A DNA stretch of 64,000 nt from Candidatus Terraquivivens tikiterensis (GCA_003056285.1 NDWU01000004.1:21228-85227); one strand, 5' to 3'. Counted from the first letter of the stretch, positions 37,798 to 48,081 are shown. The notes: a model not told the origin generated them from the sequence alone. Made by a program: numbers and translations.

Positions 37798-37941
37798 AGC
37801 GGCTTTCTCCGAATACTAAAAAGTTTTTGGGAGATTTTAACCTATACGCTTGGCCCCTCCGAATATTATATAAGCATGCCCGTTCCCAAAGAAACTGTAT
37901 AGTTTAATTCCAAGCGCTCCATTCCAAGATAAAGGGTACGG

Positions 37942-39114
37942 ATGAGGATTTTCAAGGACGAGGCGAAGCTCTCGCTTGAGTACGTCCCGCCGGTCCTTCC
38001 GCACAGAGAGGGCGAGCTCCGCCTCCTAAACGCTTTCTTCAGCAGCCTCCTAAGGGGCAAGCAGGCTATCTCGGTCAGGGTCGTAATATCCGGATCAGCT
38101 GGTACTGGAAAGACGGCCATGGCGAAGCTCTTCGGCAGGCAAATGGAGGCAGAGGCAAAGTCCAGGCGCATGAACCTCAGGTACATTCACATAAACTGTC
38201 GCGTAAACAGGACGCTCTTCACGATACTCAAGAGGGTCGTCGAGCACCTCAAGATACCGCTACCCTCTAGGGGGTATTCGACGGAGGAGCTGATGCATGG
38301 GCTCTTGGACTACATCGTAGAGAACGACCTGTACGTCATCCTGGCGCTCGACGACGTGGAGGTGCTGATAAAGGAGGAGGGCTCGAGCCCGTTCTACTTC
38401 CTAACGAGGATAGGCGAGGAGAGGGAGGACAGGATGTCCAGGCTTTCTTTCATATTCATCGTAAGAAACCCGGAGATACTGAGCATGCTGGAGAACGGCG
38501 TAAGGGTCGGCATGCTCGACAACGTCGTACACCTTCCAGAGTACGATGCAGAGCAGCTCTACAACATACTGAGCTACAGGGTCTCGGAGGCATTCTTCGA
38601 CAACGTCGTCCTAGAGGAATCCATAAGGCTGATAGCGGACCTGGCGAGCGAGAGGGGCGATGCCAGGTATGCCATCGAGACCCTCTGGAGGAGCGGGAAG
38701 TATGCCGAGGCTGACGAGAGCAGCGTCGTAACGCCAGAGCACGTAAGGAAGGCAGCGGCCAGCATATACCCCGCGATAAAGAAGGAGAGCTTGGCTTACC
38801 TATCGCTCCACGAGAAGCTCATACTCTTGGCCATAACGAGGGCTTTGGCCTTGGGCGAGAAGGCATACACAACGTCGTCTGAGCTGAACGAGCTCTATAG
38901 GCTCGTATGCGAGGAGTACGGGGTCCAGCCCAAGGCTTACACGCGCTTTTGGGAATACCTCCAAAAGCTAGAGGACCAGGGCATAATAAGGATAAAGGTG
39001 TCCAGCGAGGGCATTAGGGGGCGTAGGTCCTACATAACCCTGCCCGAGGTACCGGTATCCATACTCCAGCATGAGCTGGTAAGGCTGCTGGAGGGTGAGA
39101 GCAAAGAGCCTTGA
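37942..39114 (+). CDS. cdc6: Orc1/Cdc6 replication initiator
   Basis: 390 aa with the N-terminal LSLEYVPPVLPHREGEL pattern, Walker A GSAGTGKTA, Walker B ILALDDVE and a C-terminal winged helix. Confidence 0.9.
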   Translation: MRIFKDEAKLSLEYVPPVLPHREGELRLLNAFFSSLLRGKQAISVRVVISGSAGTGKTAMAKLFGRQMEAEAKSRRMNLRYIHINCRVNRTLFTILKRVVEHLKIPLPSRGYSTEELMHGLLDYIVENDLYVILALDDVEVLIKEEGSSPFYFLTRIGEEREDRMSRLSFIFIVRNPEILSMLENGVRVGMLDNVVHLPEYDAEQLYNILSYRVSEAFFDNVVLEESIRLIADLASERGDARYAIETLWRSGKYAEADESSVVTPEHVRKAAASIYPAIKKESLAYLSLHEKLILLAITRALALGEKAYTTSSELNELYRLVCEEYGVQPKAYTRFWEYLQKLEDQGIIRIKVSSEGIRGRRSYITLPEVPVSILQHELVRLLEGESKEP

Positions 39115-39309
39115 GAAAAGGCACGAGCAATTTACCGTCCGTCGATGGGTTGGAGGCTCTCGCGAGCATTGGCGAGGCGGCGCCTCGAGGATAGCAAAGC
39201 GTACTTGGCTCAAACATAAGGTCGTCGGGGTTAGCGGGGAAAGGTGTTCGGTACGAGCGTGTCCGGCTTTCTGGTCCTTAGACGTTTAAGCGGAAATTCC
39301 AGAACGTCG

Positions 39310-40593
39310 TTAAGCTGAAGGCCTTTTCTTAGGTTTCGTAGCCTTAACGCTTGCCTCCTTTTCCTCTCCTGGCTTCCCGGTTAGGTACGATTCCTCGGGG
39401 TCTGAAAGTTCGAAGAACCTCTTAAGCTCTTTTGCGGCATGGCCATCGTTCTTAAGGATGAAGCTCAAGAAAGGAAGCATCTCGGTGCCCGCCTTGTAGG
39501 ATGACATATGGCACTTTGAGGCTATCTTGCCTAACACACCCTCCCTCAACTCCCTCTCGCGCTTCGTAGCCTGGAGGGTTCTAATCCTGTGGGGAAAGGA
39601 AAACTTGACGAACCCCTTAGGCGTTTTCTTCCTGGAGAGCGCGACGCCACCGGTCATGATGGGCACGGCGTACCTTAGTAGACCCCACCTCTGCATCCTC
39701 CTTATCCTGGCGAAGTATAGGTCGGCCCTGGCGAGGAAATCCATAGCCCGCTCAAGGTCGGCTGGGTCCGAAAGCTGTTGCGGAGCGTTGTCCAGTATCC
39801 AGTTAAAGAAGCTGTCCGGGTCAATTTCGAGGTTTTCGGTAGATGCCCATGCTTCCTTGACTGTCTTCGACTGGAACACCTGAACCAGGGCAGAGAATAT
39901 TTCCTTGACCCTGTCCCTGTAGCCAAGCGCTACCAGCGTCGAGCCATCTATTCTCGGTCCGGCCATTGCCAAAGCCTGAAGGTCGTTTATCGCGGACCTC
40001 AAATCCCCGTTCGACCTTTCGGCTACAGCTTTCAAGACGTCGTCTCCGCACTCTAAACCTTCCAGCGTGCATATCTTTCTCAGGTGGGACATTATGAGCT
40101 GCTTGTGGATGTGCTTGAACTCTATCATTTCGCACATATCCCTTATCGTCGCTAACCTTTGACTCCACGGATTGTTTGCGACCAACACGATGGGCACCTT
40201 GGTCTTCTCGATCGCATCCCTTATCGCAGGGATACCACCTGCATCCTCCTGACCCGCTATGCCATCTACCTCGTCGACCAGGATCATCCTCTTCCTCATG
40301 CCGTCGAGCGTCGCATACTCGCACGCAGAACCTACGATTGCCTTTACCTTCTCGGCTGTCCTCCAGTCGCTAGCATTCACCTCAACCAAGTCGTATCCTT
40401 TTTCTTTGGCGTAGGCGATGGCGAGCGACGTCTTACCGACGCCGGGAGGCCCGTAAAGGAGCGCCGCCTTCTTTAGCGGCTTCCCCTTCTCCCAAGAATC
40501 CATCCAGCTAAGGAATGCCTGGACTGCCTCCTTGTTTCCGATTACCTCCGAGACCCTCTTCGGCCTATACTTCTCTACCCAGGGCACCGTCAA
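39310..40593 (-). CDS. rfcL: Replication factor C large subunit
   Basis: 427 aa with PWVEKYRP, GPPGVGKTS, ILVDEVD and a basic C-terminal tail (PCNA-binding-type). Confidence 0.85.
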   Translation of the reverse strand: MTVPWVEKYRPKRVSEVIGNKEAVQAFLSWMDSWEKGKPLKKAALLYGPPGVGKTSLAIAYAKEKGYDLVEVNASDWRTAEKVKAIVGSACEYATLDGMRKRMILVDEVDGIAGQEDAGGIPAIRDAIEKTKVPIVLVANNPWSQRLATIRDMCEMIEFKHIHKQLIMSHLRKICTLEGLECGDDVLKAVAERSNGDLRSAINDLQALAMAGPRIDGSTLVALGYRDRVKEIFSALVQVFQSKTVKEAWASTENLEIDPDSFFNWILDNAPQQLSDPADLERAMDFLARADLYFARIRRMQRWGLLRYAVPIMTGGVALSRKKTPKGFVKFSFPHRIRTLQATKRERELREGVLGKIASKCHMSSYKAGTEMLPFLSFILKNDGHAAKELKRFFELSDPEESYLTGKPGEEKEASVKATKPKKRPSA

Positions 40594-40596
40594 CTT

Positions 40597-41568
40597 CTAC
40601 CTACGGCTCCTGGCCGCGAGCTTTGCGAGGAAGCTCATGATCTGCACCTCTTCAGAGGCACCCTCCGCTATCCTGTAGTCAACCTCGCCCAAGCTATCCA
40701 GAAGCTCGACCTTCGCCTCTTCTGGGATATTAAGGGCGAATATCTCCCTGTAGATTGCCGTTACAAGGTCCCTGCCGGATATGCCCTGTAAGTACAAGAC
40801 AGACCTGAGGGCATCCCTTGCCTCCACGAACTTGCCCGACATCGCGTACTCCAATATCCTCCGAACGTCTCCCCTGCTCACGTAGCCTACAACAGTGTAG
40901 ACGGCCTTCTCGTCCACCTTCCTTCCGAGCGTCGAGGCGGCCTGTAGTATGTTTATGCATTTCCTCATGTCTCCCTGCGCGAAGTCGTATATAGCATCGA
41001 TCGCCTCGCTATCCAGCTCTATCCCTTCAGCATCCGCTATCTTCTTCAGATAGGACGCCACGTCGGCTTTCATAAGAGGCTTGAACCTGAAGACCGCGCA
41101 CCTCGACTGTATCGGCTCGATTATCCTGTTGCTGTAGTTGGCCACGAGTATGAACCTACACGTCGAAGAGAACTGCTCCATAACGCGCCTGAAGGCATGC
41201 TGGGCGTCATCCGTAAGCTGGTCGCTCTCGTCCAAGAGGAGTATCCTGAAACCCACCTCACCAAAAGGAACTGACCTAGCGTACATCTTTACCTTTTCAC
41301 GAATGGTTGCTATTCCACGCTCATCCGATGCGTTAATCTCTACGAATAATCCATCCTTTATGTAGCCATCCCCATACAGGTCCCTCGCGAAAGCGTGCGC
41401 CGTCGCTGTCTTTCCTGTACCAGGCGGTCCCGTAAACAGCATATGCGGAACTGCCTTCGTCTTGAGGATGTTTTTCAGGCTCGAGATTACCTCTTGCTGG
41501 TTTACTATCTCGTCGAGCGTCGTAGGCCTGTACTTCTCAATCCAGGGTAGCGTGGTTAAGGTAGACAA
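40597..41568 (-). CDS. rfcS: Replication factor C small subunit
   Basis: 323 aa with PWIEKYRP, GPPGTGKTA, LLLDESD and the SRC motif (IQSRCAVFRF). No intein. Confidence 0.9.
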   Translation of the reverse strand: MSTLTTLPWIEKYRPTTLDEIVNQQEVISSLKNILKTKAVPHMLFTGPPGTGKTATAHAFARDLYGDGYIKDGLFVEINASDERGIATIREKVKMYARSVPFGEVGFRILLLDESDQLTDDAQHAFRRVMEQFSSTCRFILVANYSNRIIEPIQSRCAVFRFKPLMKADVASYLKKIADAEGIELDSEAIDAIYDFAQGDMRKCINILQAASTLGRKVDEKAVYTVVGYVSRGDVRRILEYAMSGKFVEARDALRSVLYLQGISGRDLVTAIYREIFALNIPEEAKVELLDSLGEVDYRIAEGASEEVQIMSFLAKLAARSRR

Positions 41569-41677
41569 TTCGCGACCAGTTGATGGATGTCGAGAGGCAT
41601 AATAAAGATTATCCCATAGCCTAGCCTGAAGCTTACCTACAGATTTTTATATCGTGTCTTTTTAATAAGTTAGCAAG

Positions 41678-41974
41678 ATGGTGGCGGGAAAGAGCTTATG
41701 CTGCATCTGCGGCGCATACGTTGACGCCTCCTCACTCGTCATAGTAAGAATCGGGGAAGGAAGCTTCAGGATAGAGTGCCCATCGCCAAAATGCCCATTG
41801 CGCGAGTTGGGTTTCGTGAGGGTAGCCCACAGCTCAAAGCCAAAATTCGATGTAAGGCTTTCGAGAATGTTCAAGGACTGGAACGTCCTGCTCAACGGCA
41901 AAGAAAGTTGCGACAGGCTTGTTCGTGACCTTTTGAAACAGATATCGTCTAGGCTTAGAAAAATCGTGTTCTGA
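41678..41974 (+). CDS. Small Cys-containing hypothetical protein (possible zinc-binding)
   Basis: 98-aa ORF with CCIC...CPSPKC. No family recognised. It is convergent with the 16S gene. Confidence 0.4.
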   Translation: MVAGKSLCCICGAYVDASSLVIVRIGEGSFRIECPSPKCPLRELGFVRVAHSSKPKFDVRLSRMFKDWNVLLNGKESCDRLVRDLLKQISSRLRKIVF

Positions 41975-42287
41975 GCTAAGCGTGGGTTCAGCGCCTAGCA
42001 CTTGAACCTCATCCTCCTCCGTGTTCATCGGAGGCATTTCGTAGGGCTCTTTTGGACGTCAAGTGAAACTGTTGACTACGGTGTATGGGTTAACCGCCCG
42101 TTCGCATGCAATAAGTTTCAGGCCATCGACGCTAACTACTAAGGGCGCGGGCCTTCTGCCAAATTTTTGTAAAAATTACCTCTTCCAGAATCCGCATAGG
42201 CTTAGCTTGATAAAGATTAGGGAACCATGGGCTTCAGTCCTTTCCGCTTCCTAGGAGCATCTCCAGGCAAGGGAAGCACCTAACGGT

Positions 42288-43842
<1,555 letters not shown>

Positions 43843-44046
43843 CAAAGCCTGGAGGTAGGCCGCACTCCTAGGAATTTGCGGGGACTGAAGCCCATGGTTA
43901 GACCCAAGCGTGATGCTCAGGTCCTCATCTTGTCCCACGGCTAGGAGGCCGCCCTTACATCTGAAGGGCTTCCACGCCCCATACGTTCGAGGGCGGTACC
44001 GCCGTCGAGCCGTGGAATTTCTCATATTGTTGTAGTTACTGCCTGC

Positions 44047-44057
44047 TTATATATTTT
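44047..44057 (-). promoter_or_regulatory. Candidate TATA box of the 16S rRNA promoter
   Basis: Minus-sense AAAATATATAAG lies ~205 nt upstream of the mature 16S 5' end, in an otherwise GC-rich leader. Confidence 0.4.
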
Positions 44058-44322
44058 GCATAGAGGGCTAACGGCTCTTTATTAAATAGTAATACGTTTG
44101 ATGAGCTCCTGAGGGCATGATCGGGCGGATACCATTTGAAGAGGCGGTAAAAGACCATATACTATTGGTTCCAGACTTAAAAGTGGGAGTTAAGATGGCA
44201 TTATGCGAGGGGCTAAAATATGGCCTAGCAACTCAGCCCAAAATTTTGGTCTTCAGGGACTGTTCGCAGAATAGATAGTTATTGGGGAAGAGGCCAGCAT
44301 AATATAGGGATGACGTGTTCCG

Positions 44323-44703
44323 ATGAGCAAAGAGCATATCAAGCGTTGGCTGACAAAAGCTCATGAAAACCTCAGGGTAGCCGAAAGCGCCACTAGGGAG
44401 GGTTTTTACTCAGCAGCTTGCTTCCATTCACAGCAAGCGGCCGAGCTTGCCCTAAAAGGCCTCATACTGCACAAGCTTGGAATCCAACAGCTAACGCACT
44501 CGCTGACGGAGCTGGCGGAAAGGGTCTCAGAGGTCGAACAGTTAAGCCTTCCGAGCCTCGAAGACCTAAGATGGCTTCAGGACCGTTATCTGCAGGCCAG
44601 ATACCCGAACGCGCGGCTCTCGGAGTATAGTAGGGACGAGGCTGAGAGGGCACTACGCATAGCTAAGAAGGTGTTGGAAGAAGTTGCCGAGAGAGTCCGA
44701 TGA
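44323..44703 (+). CDS. HEPN-domain protein (toxin-like partner of a HEPN/MNT pair)
   Basis: 126-aa all-helical protein with a typical HEPN layout (ENLRVAESA...FYSAACFHSQQAAELALKGL...RYPN). It is followed immediately by a minimal nucleotidyltransferase. Confidence 0.75.
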   Translation: MSKEHIKRWLTKAHENLRVAESATREGFYSAACFHSQQAAELALKGLILHKLGIQQLTHSLTELAERVSEVEQLSLPSLEDLRWLQDRYLQARYPNARLSEYSRDEAERALRIAKKVLEEVAERVR

Positions 44704-44710
44704 GGTTTTT

Positions 44711-45076
44711 ATGAAGAGGTATCTTGAGAGGCTGTCAAGCCTGAAGGTTACGGCCATATTATTCGGCTCGACGGTAAGGGGTGAGCGGACGGCCATCAGC
44801 GACTACGATATCCTGATCGTTAAGGAAGACGAGTGTATCGATGCCAGCCCAGCCAAGCTCGAGCCTAGGCTGAACGCATCGGTCTTCGAGGTGCTCGAAG
44901 GGGATCTCGAGCGTCTGGCCTACACAAACTCCGTCGTCGTGGCCGCGCTTCTGGAAGGCACCGTAATCCTGGACAACCTCGAAATACAGGAAAAGCTTGA
45001 AAATCTTAGAGAGAAAATCGTCCGGTGTGGGGCTCGCGTCACGAAAGATTACGTAAAGTTTCCGTCAGACTCTTGA
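44711..45076 (+). CDS. Minimal nucleotidyltransferase (MNT) domain protein
   Basis: The GS-x9-SD-x-D pattern LFGSTVRGERTAISDYDILIV. ATG at 44711 lies 8 nt after the HEPN stop. Confidence 0.75.
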   Translation: MKRYLERLSSLKVTAILFGSTVRGERTAISDYDILIVKEDECIDASPAKLEPRLNASVFEVLEGDLERLAYTNSVVVAALLEGTVILDNLEIQEKLENLREKIVRCGARVTKDYVKFPSDS

Positions 45077-45671
45077 AAAGACATTGACCTGCAACAATAG
45101 GCTTTGCTTCACTACGATGTTCAGGTGCCAATGTTCGCAACAGATGTATACTAGGGTGACGTTTTAGATTTTTCGTTCCCGCATTTAAAACCTGGACAGA
45201 ATCTGCTCACGTAAAGATGCTAAACTTCAACTCCGTTGCGTTCTTGCATGGTTATCGCATGCATGGGTACTTTTGGATGACCGAATATGTCGGTTACGAA
45301 AAACTCTTCCGTTTGGCAACCGGCTCGTTCATCTAAAAATCTTGGCTCAGACCCCGCTCCTATTTGCTAAGCAGCGACGTTCTTTCATCATCGCCAAGAT
45401 TTTATGGAGAATTGCGGATATTAAAGCTTCCATGCCGTAGCTCCCGAGCGTTTGTAATTCTAATGGCGTTCGGGTGCACAGCGTTTTGCTACGTTAGAAA
45501 ATGCGTAAAAGCCAGCATCTGCAATACTAGAGATTATGCAAACTGAATAATCCATAAGAGGCTGAGCTCCTTGCTTCTAAGCTTTTTTAGAAGCTCCATA
45601 GGGATGTAGGACCAGCTTATTCTCTTATAGGGCTAAAAAGCCCATCGAAATTCGACGTAAAATAAAGGGAA

Positions 45672-45764
45672 GGCCGCGGCTGGGATTCGAACCCAGGCAG
45701 CCGGCTCCACAGGCCGGAAGGCTAACCGCTACCTTTGCGTCCACGCTGGGTGGTCACCGCGGCC
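45672..45764 (-). tRNA. tRNA-His (anticodon GTG) with encoded G-1 and a ~16-19-nt insertion between acceptor stem and D-arm
   Basis: Reverse complement is G-GCCGCGG-UG-[ACCACCCAGCGUGGACGCA]-AAGG-UAGCGGUUAG-CCUU-CCGGC-CUGUGGA-GCCGG-CUGC-CUGGG-UUCGAAU-CCCAG-CCGCGGC-C. The acceptor, anticodon and T arms are canonical. The extra segment is at 45736-45754. There is no TATA within 60 nt upstream. Confidence 0.8.
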
Positions 45765-45930
45765 AACCGCGGCCGTCTACCGTTGAAACGAGCTTGTGCG
45801 CGGCTGCCCAAGGCCTTAAGCCAGCTCTCTTCCTGCTTCAGCGACCGGAACCACCCCCTCATGCACTCAGCCAGCCAGGTCGTTTAGGTCCGGTCTCAGC
45901 AGCTGACCTCGGGCAGCTCCAGCCCTACGC
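45765..45930 (-). ncRNA. Candidate structured leader/sRNA with a K-turn, probably co-transcribed with tRNA-His
   Basis: Minus-sense TTATATTT lies at 45953-45960. A 10-bp long-range helix CUGCCCGAGG (45907-45916) / CCUUGGGCAG (45804-45813) contains a G.U that would be C.A on the plus strand. The K-turn is CUGCU-GA-GACCGG (45890-45902) opposite CCGGUC-GCU-GA-AGCAG (45833-45848). GC is above 60%. No RNA family recognised. Confidence 0.3.
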
Positions 45931-46039
45931 AGAAGTAGCAGAGGGGAGGGGGAAATATAAATGTTCGGTTCTCTCATGCATAAAGCGTGCGGATTTTCGC
46001 TCGCGACTTTAAGCAAAAAATATTGAAGGTGGGCATGGC

Positions 46040-46336
46040 TTACTCAGACTTTCTCTTGTAAAGTACGGCCTTTGGATCCTTAATCAGTAGGACTATCTCC
46101 CAGACTACCAGCGCTGTCGTTAGTAGGACGAAGCCGAGGACTGTGGCCTCGGCAGACATCTCGATGAACTCTCCGCCCTCCGCCAGGTAACCCATGACGT
46201 GGTCGACGAAGACCATTATGGTCGCACCCCAAAGTATTAGGCTCAGCAGCTTGAGCATGTAGACGTCCTTCTCAGCCTTGGAGTACCATACAGCCGTCGA
46301 GATGGCAGCTGCCATGGCCAATATTACAAGCCACAT
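46040..46336 (-). CDS. Small three-TM membrane protein, paralogue of the divergent neighbour
   Basis: 98 aa. LKLLSLILWGATIMVFVDHVMGY aligns with LWILNVLLWGGVILLAVEHVWHG of ORF 46413-46775. Confidence 0.5.
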   Translation of the reverse strand: MWLVILAMAAAISTAVWYSKAEKDVYMLKLLSLILWGATIMVFVDHVMGYLAEGGEFIEMSAEATVLGFVLLTTALVVWEIVLLIKDPKAVLYKRKSE

Positions 46337-46412
46337 GCCGCCTCGTTTTGCGTTGACGTTACCCTTATATAGGTGTTACTGTTTTTTAATTTAGTAATAC
46401 AGAGGTGCAATC

Positions 46413-46775
46413 ATGGCCTGCTTCCTCGTACCGATGGCGTTGGCGATCGTGACCTCGCTTATCCAGAAGACCGCACGGAGCCTAGCCGAGAAGATCAAGC
46501 TTTGGATCCTCAACGTGCTGCTTTGGGGCGGAGTAATTCTGCTTGCCGTAGAGCACGTCTGGCATGGGGAGGTCGTTCCTTGGCCACCTTTCCTGACGGC
46601 CATGGCAAACCCAGCAGACGTACCGGTAATGATCCACGAGATGCTTACCGTGGGCATACCGATGTCCGTCGTAACGCTGGCAGCATGGGGAACGATGCTC
46701 GCCCTCTCCAGGTACATGCCAAGGATGATGCTTAGAACGACTGCGCATGTTGAAAAGCCATTAACCCCGCGCTAG
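46413..46775 (+). CDS. Small membrane protein, paralogue of the divergent neighbour
   Basis: 120 aa with the same W-G-x9-(D/E)HV pattern as ORF 46040-46336. The two share a 76-nt divergent promoter region. Confidence 0.5.
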   Translation: MACFLVPMALAIVTSLIQKTARSLAEKIKLWILNVLLWGGVILLAVEHVWHGEVVPWPPFLTAMANPADVPVMIHEMLTVGIPMSVVTLAAWGTMLALSRYMPRMMLRTTAHVEKPLTPR

Positions 46776-47976
46776 AACCTCAAACTCTCTCTATTTTTTG
46801 AGCACCGTGGCAATGGTTTCATGAAATTTGTGGATAGCTAGGCTTCTTCCGTCCCCCTTCGTTGGATGCTGCCCTCCTCGTAAGGATGGGCTCTTCTAGG
46901 AGCAACGGAAGTTTAGTTGGCGTGGTTAAATAAGATAAGCACGGAGACGTGGACCATCGTCTTTGAGGAAGAAATCGTATCGTAGAGTTCTGGAGCTGCG
47001 TGGACGGGGCTGTCGTACGGAGATGTCCAGAAGAGTGTGGCAAGCTCATGAGCAGGTCGATTATAGCTTCAGTTATTGGCTACGGAGGTTCATACACCGT
47101 AAGGCGATGGGTCGGATACGAGGGGAATACCGGAGGATGTATAAACTTAAACAGCGTCCAGAGTTGGGTTCTGGTCTAAAGTCGTAGACATTGCTCACCA
47201 CAGGCCTTGTCACCTTCTGGAACGCTCTGCATCGCCTCCGACCATCTCGGTTCGAACCGCCCCATACGTCCTCTCACGGACAGCTTCCAGCCGAACCATC
47301 TGCATGGATATGGCCCACAAACTAAGCTTCGCCGCATCGTCCGTGCTTTTTACGACAGAATCACGAGCCTCCTAAACTGTTTCTAACGGCGTACATGATT
47401 TGGCCGAAGCTGGACGACGGAACCACGGATCGGGATGTAGGGCTTTATGACTGCATGGTCATTTTAGCAGCAATGGGTCAAGACTTTGCAGAAGGGCTTC
47501 GGAGGATGACCGCTGCAGCCCTTGGAAATGAGAAACCTTACAAACCCTATCAGGATAGAATAAAGAGCGCTGGATTACGAGGCCGTTCCAAGGAGCTTTA
47601 TGGGTTGAAGGGGCCCGTTGACCTTGTGAAGAAAAGACCTTACTTGGAGCGTTGCAGAGAATGCATGGCCGCGTCCTTGAGAGGCTGGCCTACGTAGAGG
47701 GGGGCGTGGATAAGGGTGAAGAGCGTTTCGGACATATGCTGATCTTCACTCATTGGGTATGCAAGGCCTCTACCGGAAGACCTGGGGGATATCCGTCATG
47801 GTGCATGAGCAGGGAGAGCGTTACGAGGGTCGGCGCAGAGTCGTTAAGGGGAGGAAGGCGGATGTGCTCAGGTTCAGGGAGGCCGTCGGGCTCATAATCA
47901 AGCGGAGGCAAGAAGCCTTAAAAAGAAAAACTCATCCCCTTCGCGTTTACGTCTAGGCGAAGAAAGGAAAATGCAG

Positions 47977-48081
47977 CGGGCCCGCGGGGACTCGAACCCC
48001 GGATTTTCCGGCTTAGGAGGTTCGCCCAAGCCGCTTTTGAGCAGCCCATCCGGCGCCCTATCCTTGCTAGGCCACGGGCCC
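47977..48081 (-). tRNA. tRNA-Arg (anticodon CCT) with a 29-nt insertion inside the 5' strand of the anticodon stem (about position 30/31)
   Basis: Reverse complement is GGGCCCG-UG-GCCU-AGCAAGGAUA-GGGC-G-CCGG[AUGGGCUGCUCAAAAGCGGCUUGGGCGAA]C-CUCCUAA-GCCGG-AAAAUC-CGGGG-UUCGAGU-CCCCG-CGGGCCC-G. Removing 48021-48049 gives a 76-nt cloverleaf. Minus-sense TTTATGCTTAAATA lies 24 nt upstream. Confidence 0.75.

Noticed and set aside
45872-45916. Plus-strand CCAGGUCGUUUAGGUCCGGUCUCAGCAGC, resembling SRP RNA helix 8 (AGGUCCGGAAGGAAGCAGC).
   Set aside because: There is no GNAR tetraloop closed by pairs, no UGUAA Alu motif nearby, and the segment is far too short. G.U evidence indicates that the structured RNA is on the opposite strand.
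45364-46012. ORFs 45364-45546 and 45794-46012 as protein genes.
   Set aside because: The first lies in an AT-rich, stop-rich islet and has an atypical composition. The second overlaps the GC-rich structured leader of tRNA-His on the opposite strand.
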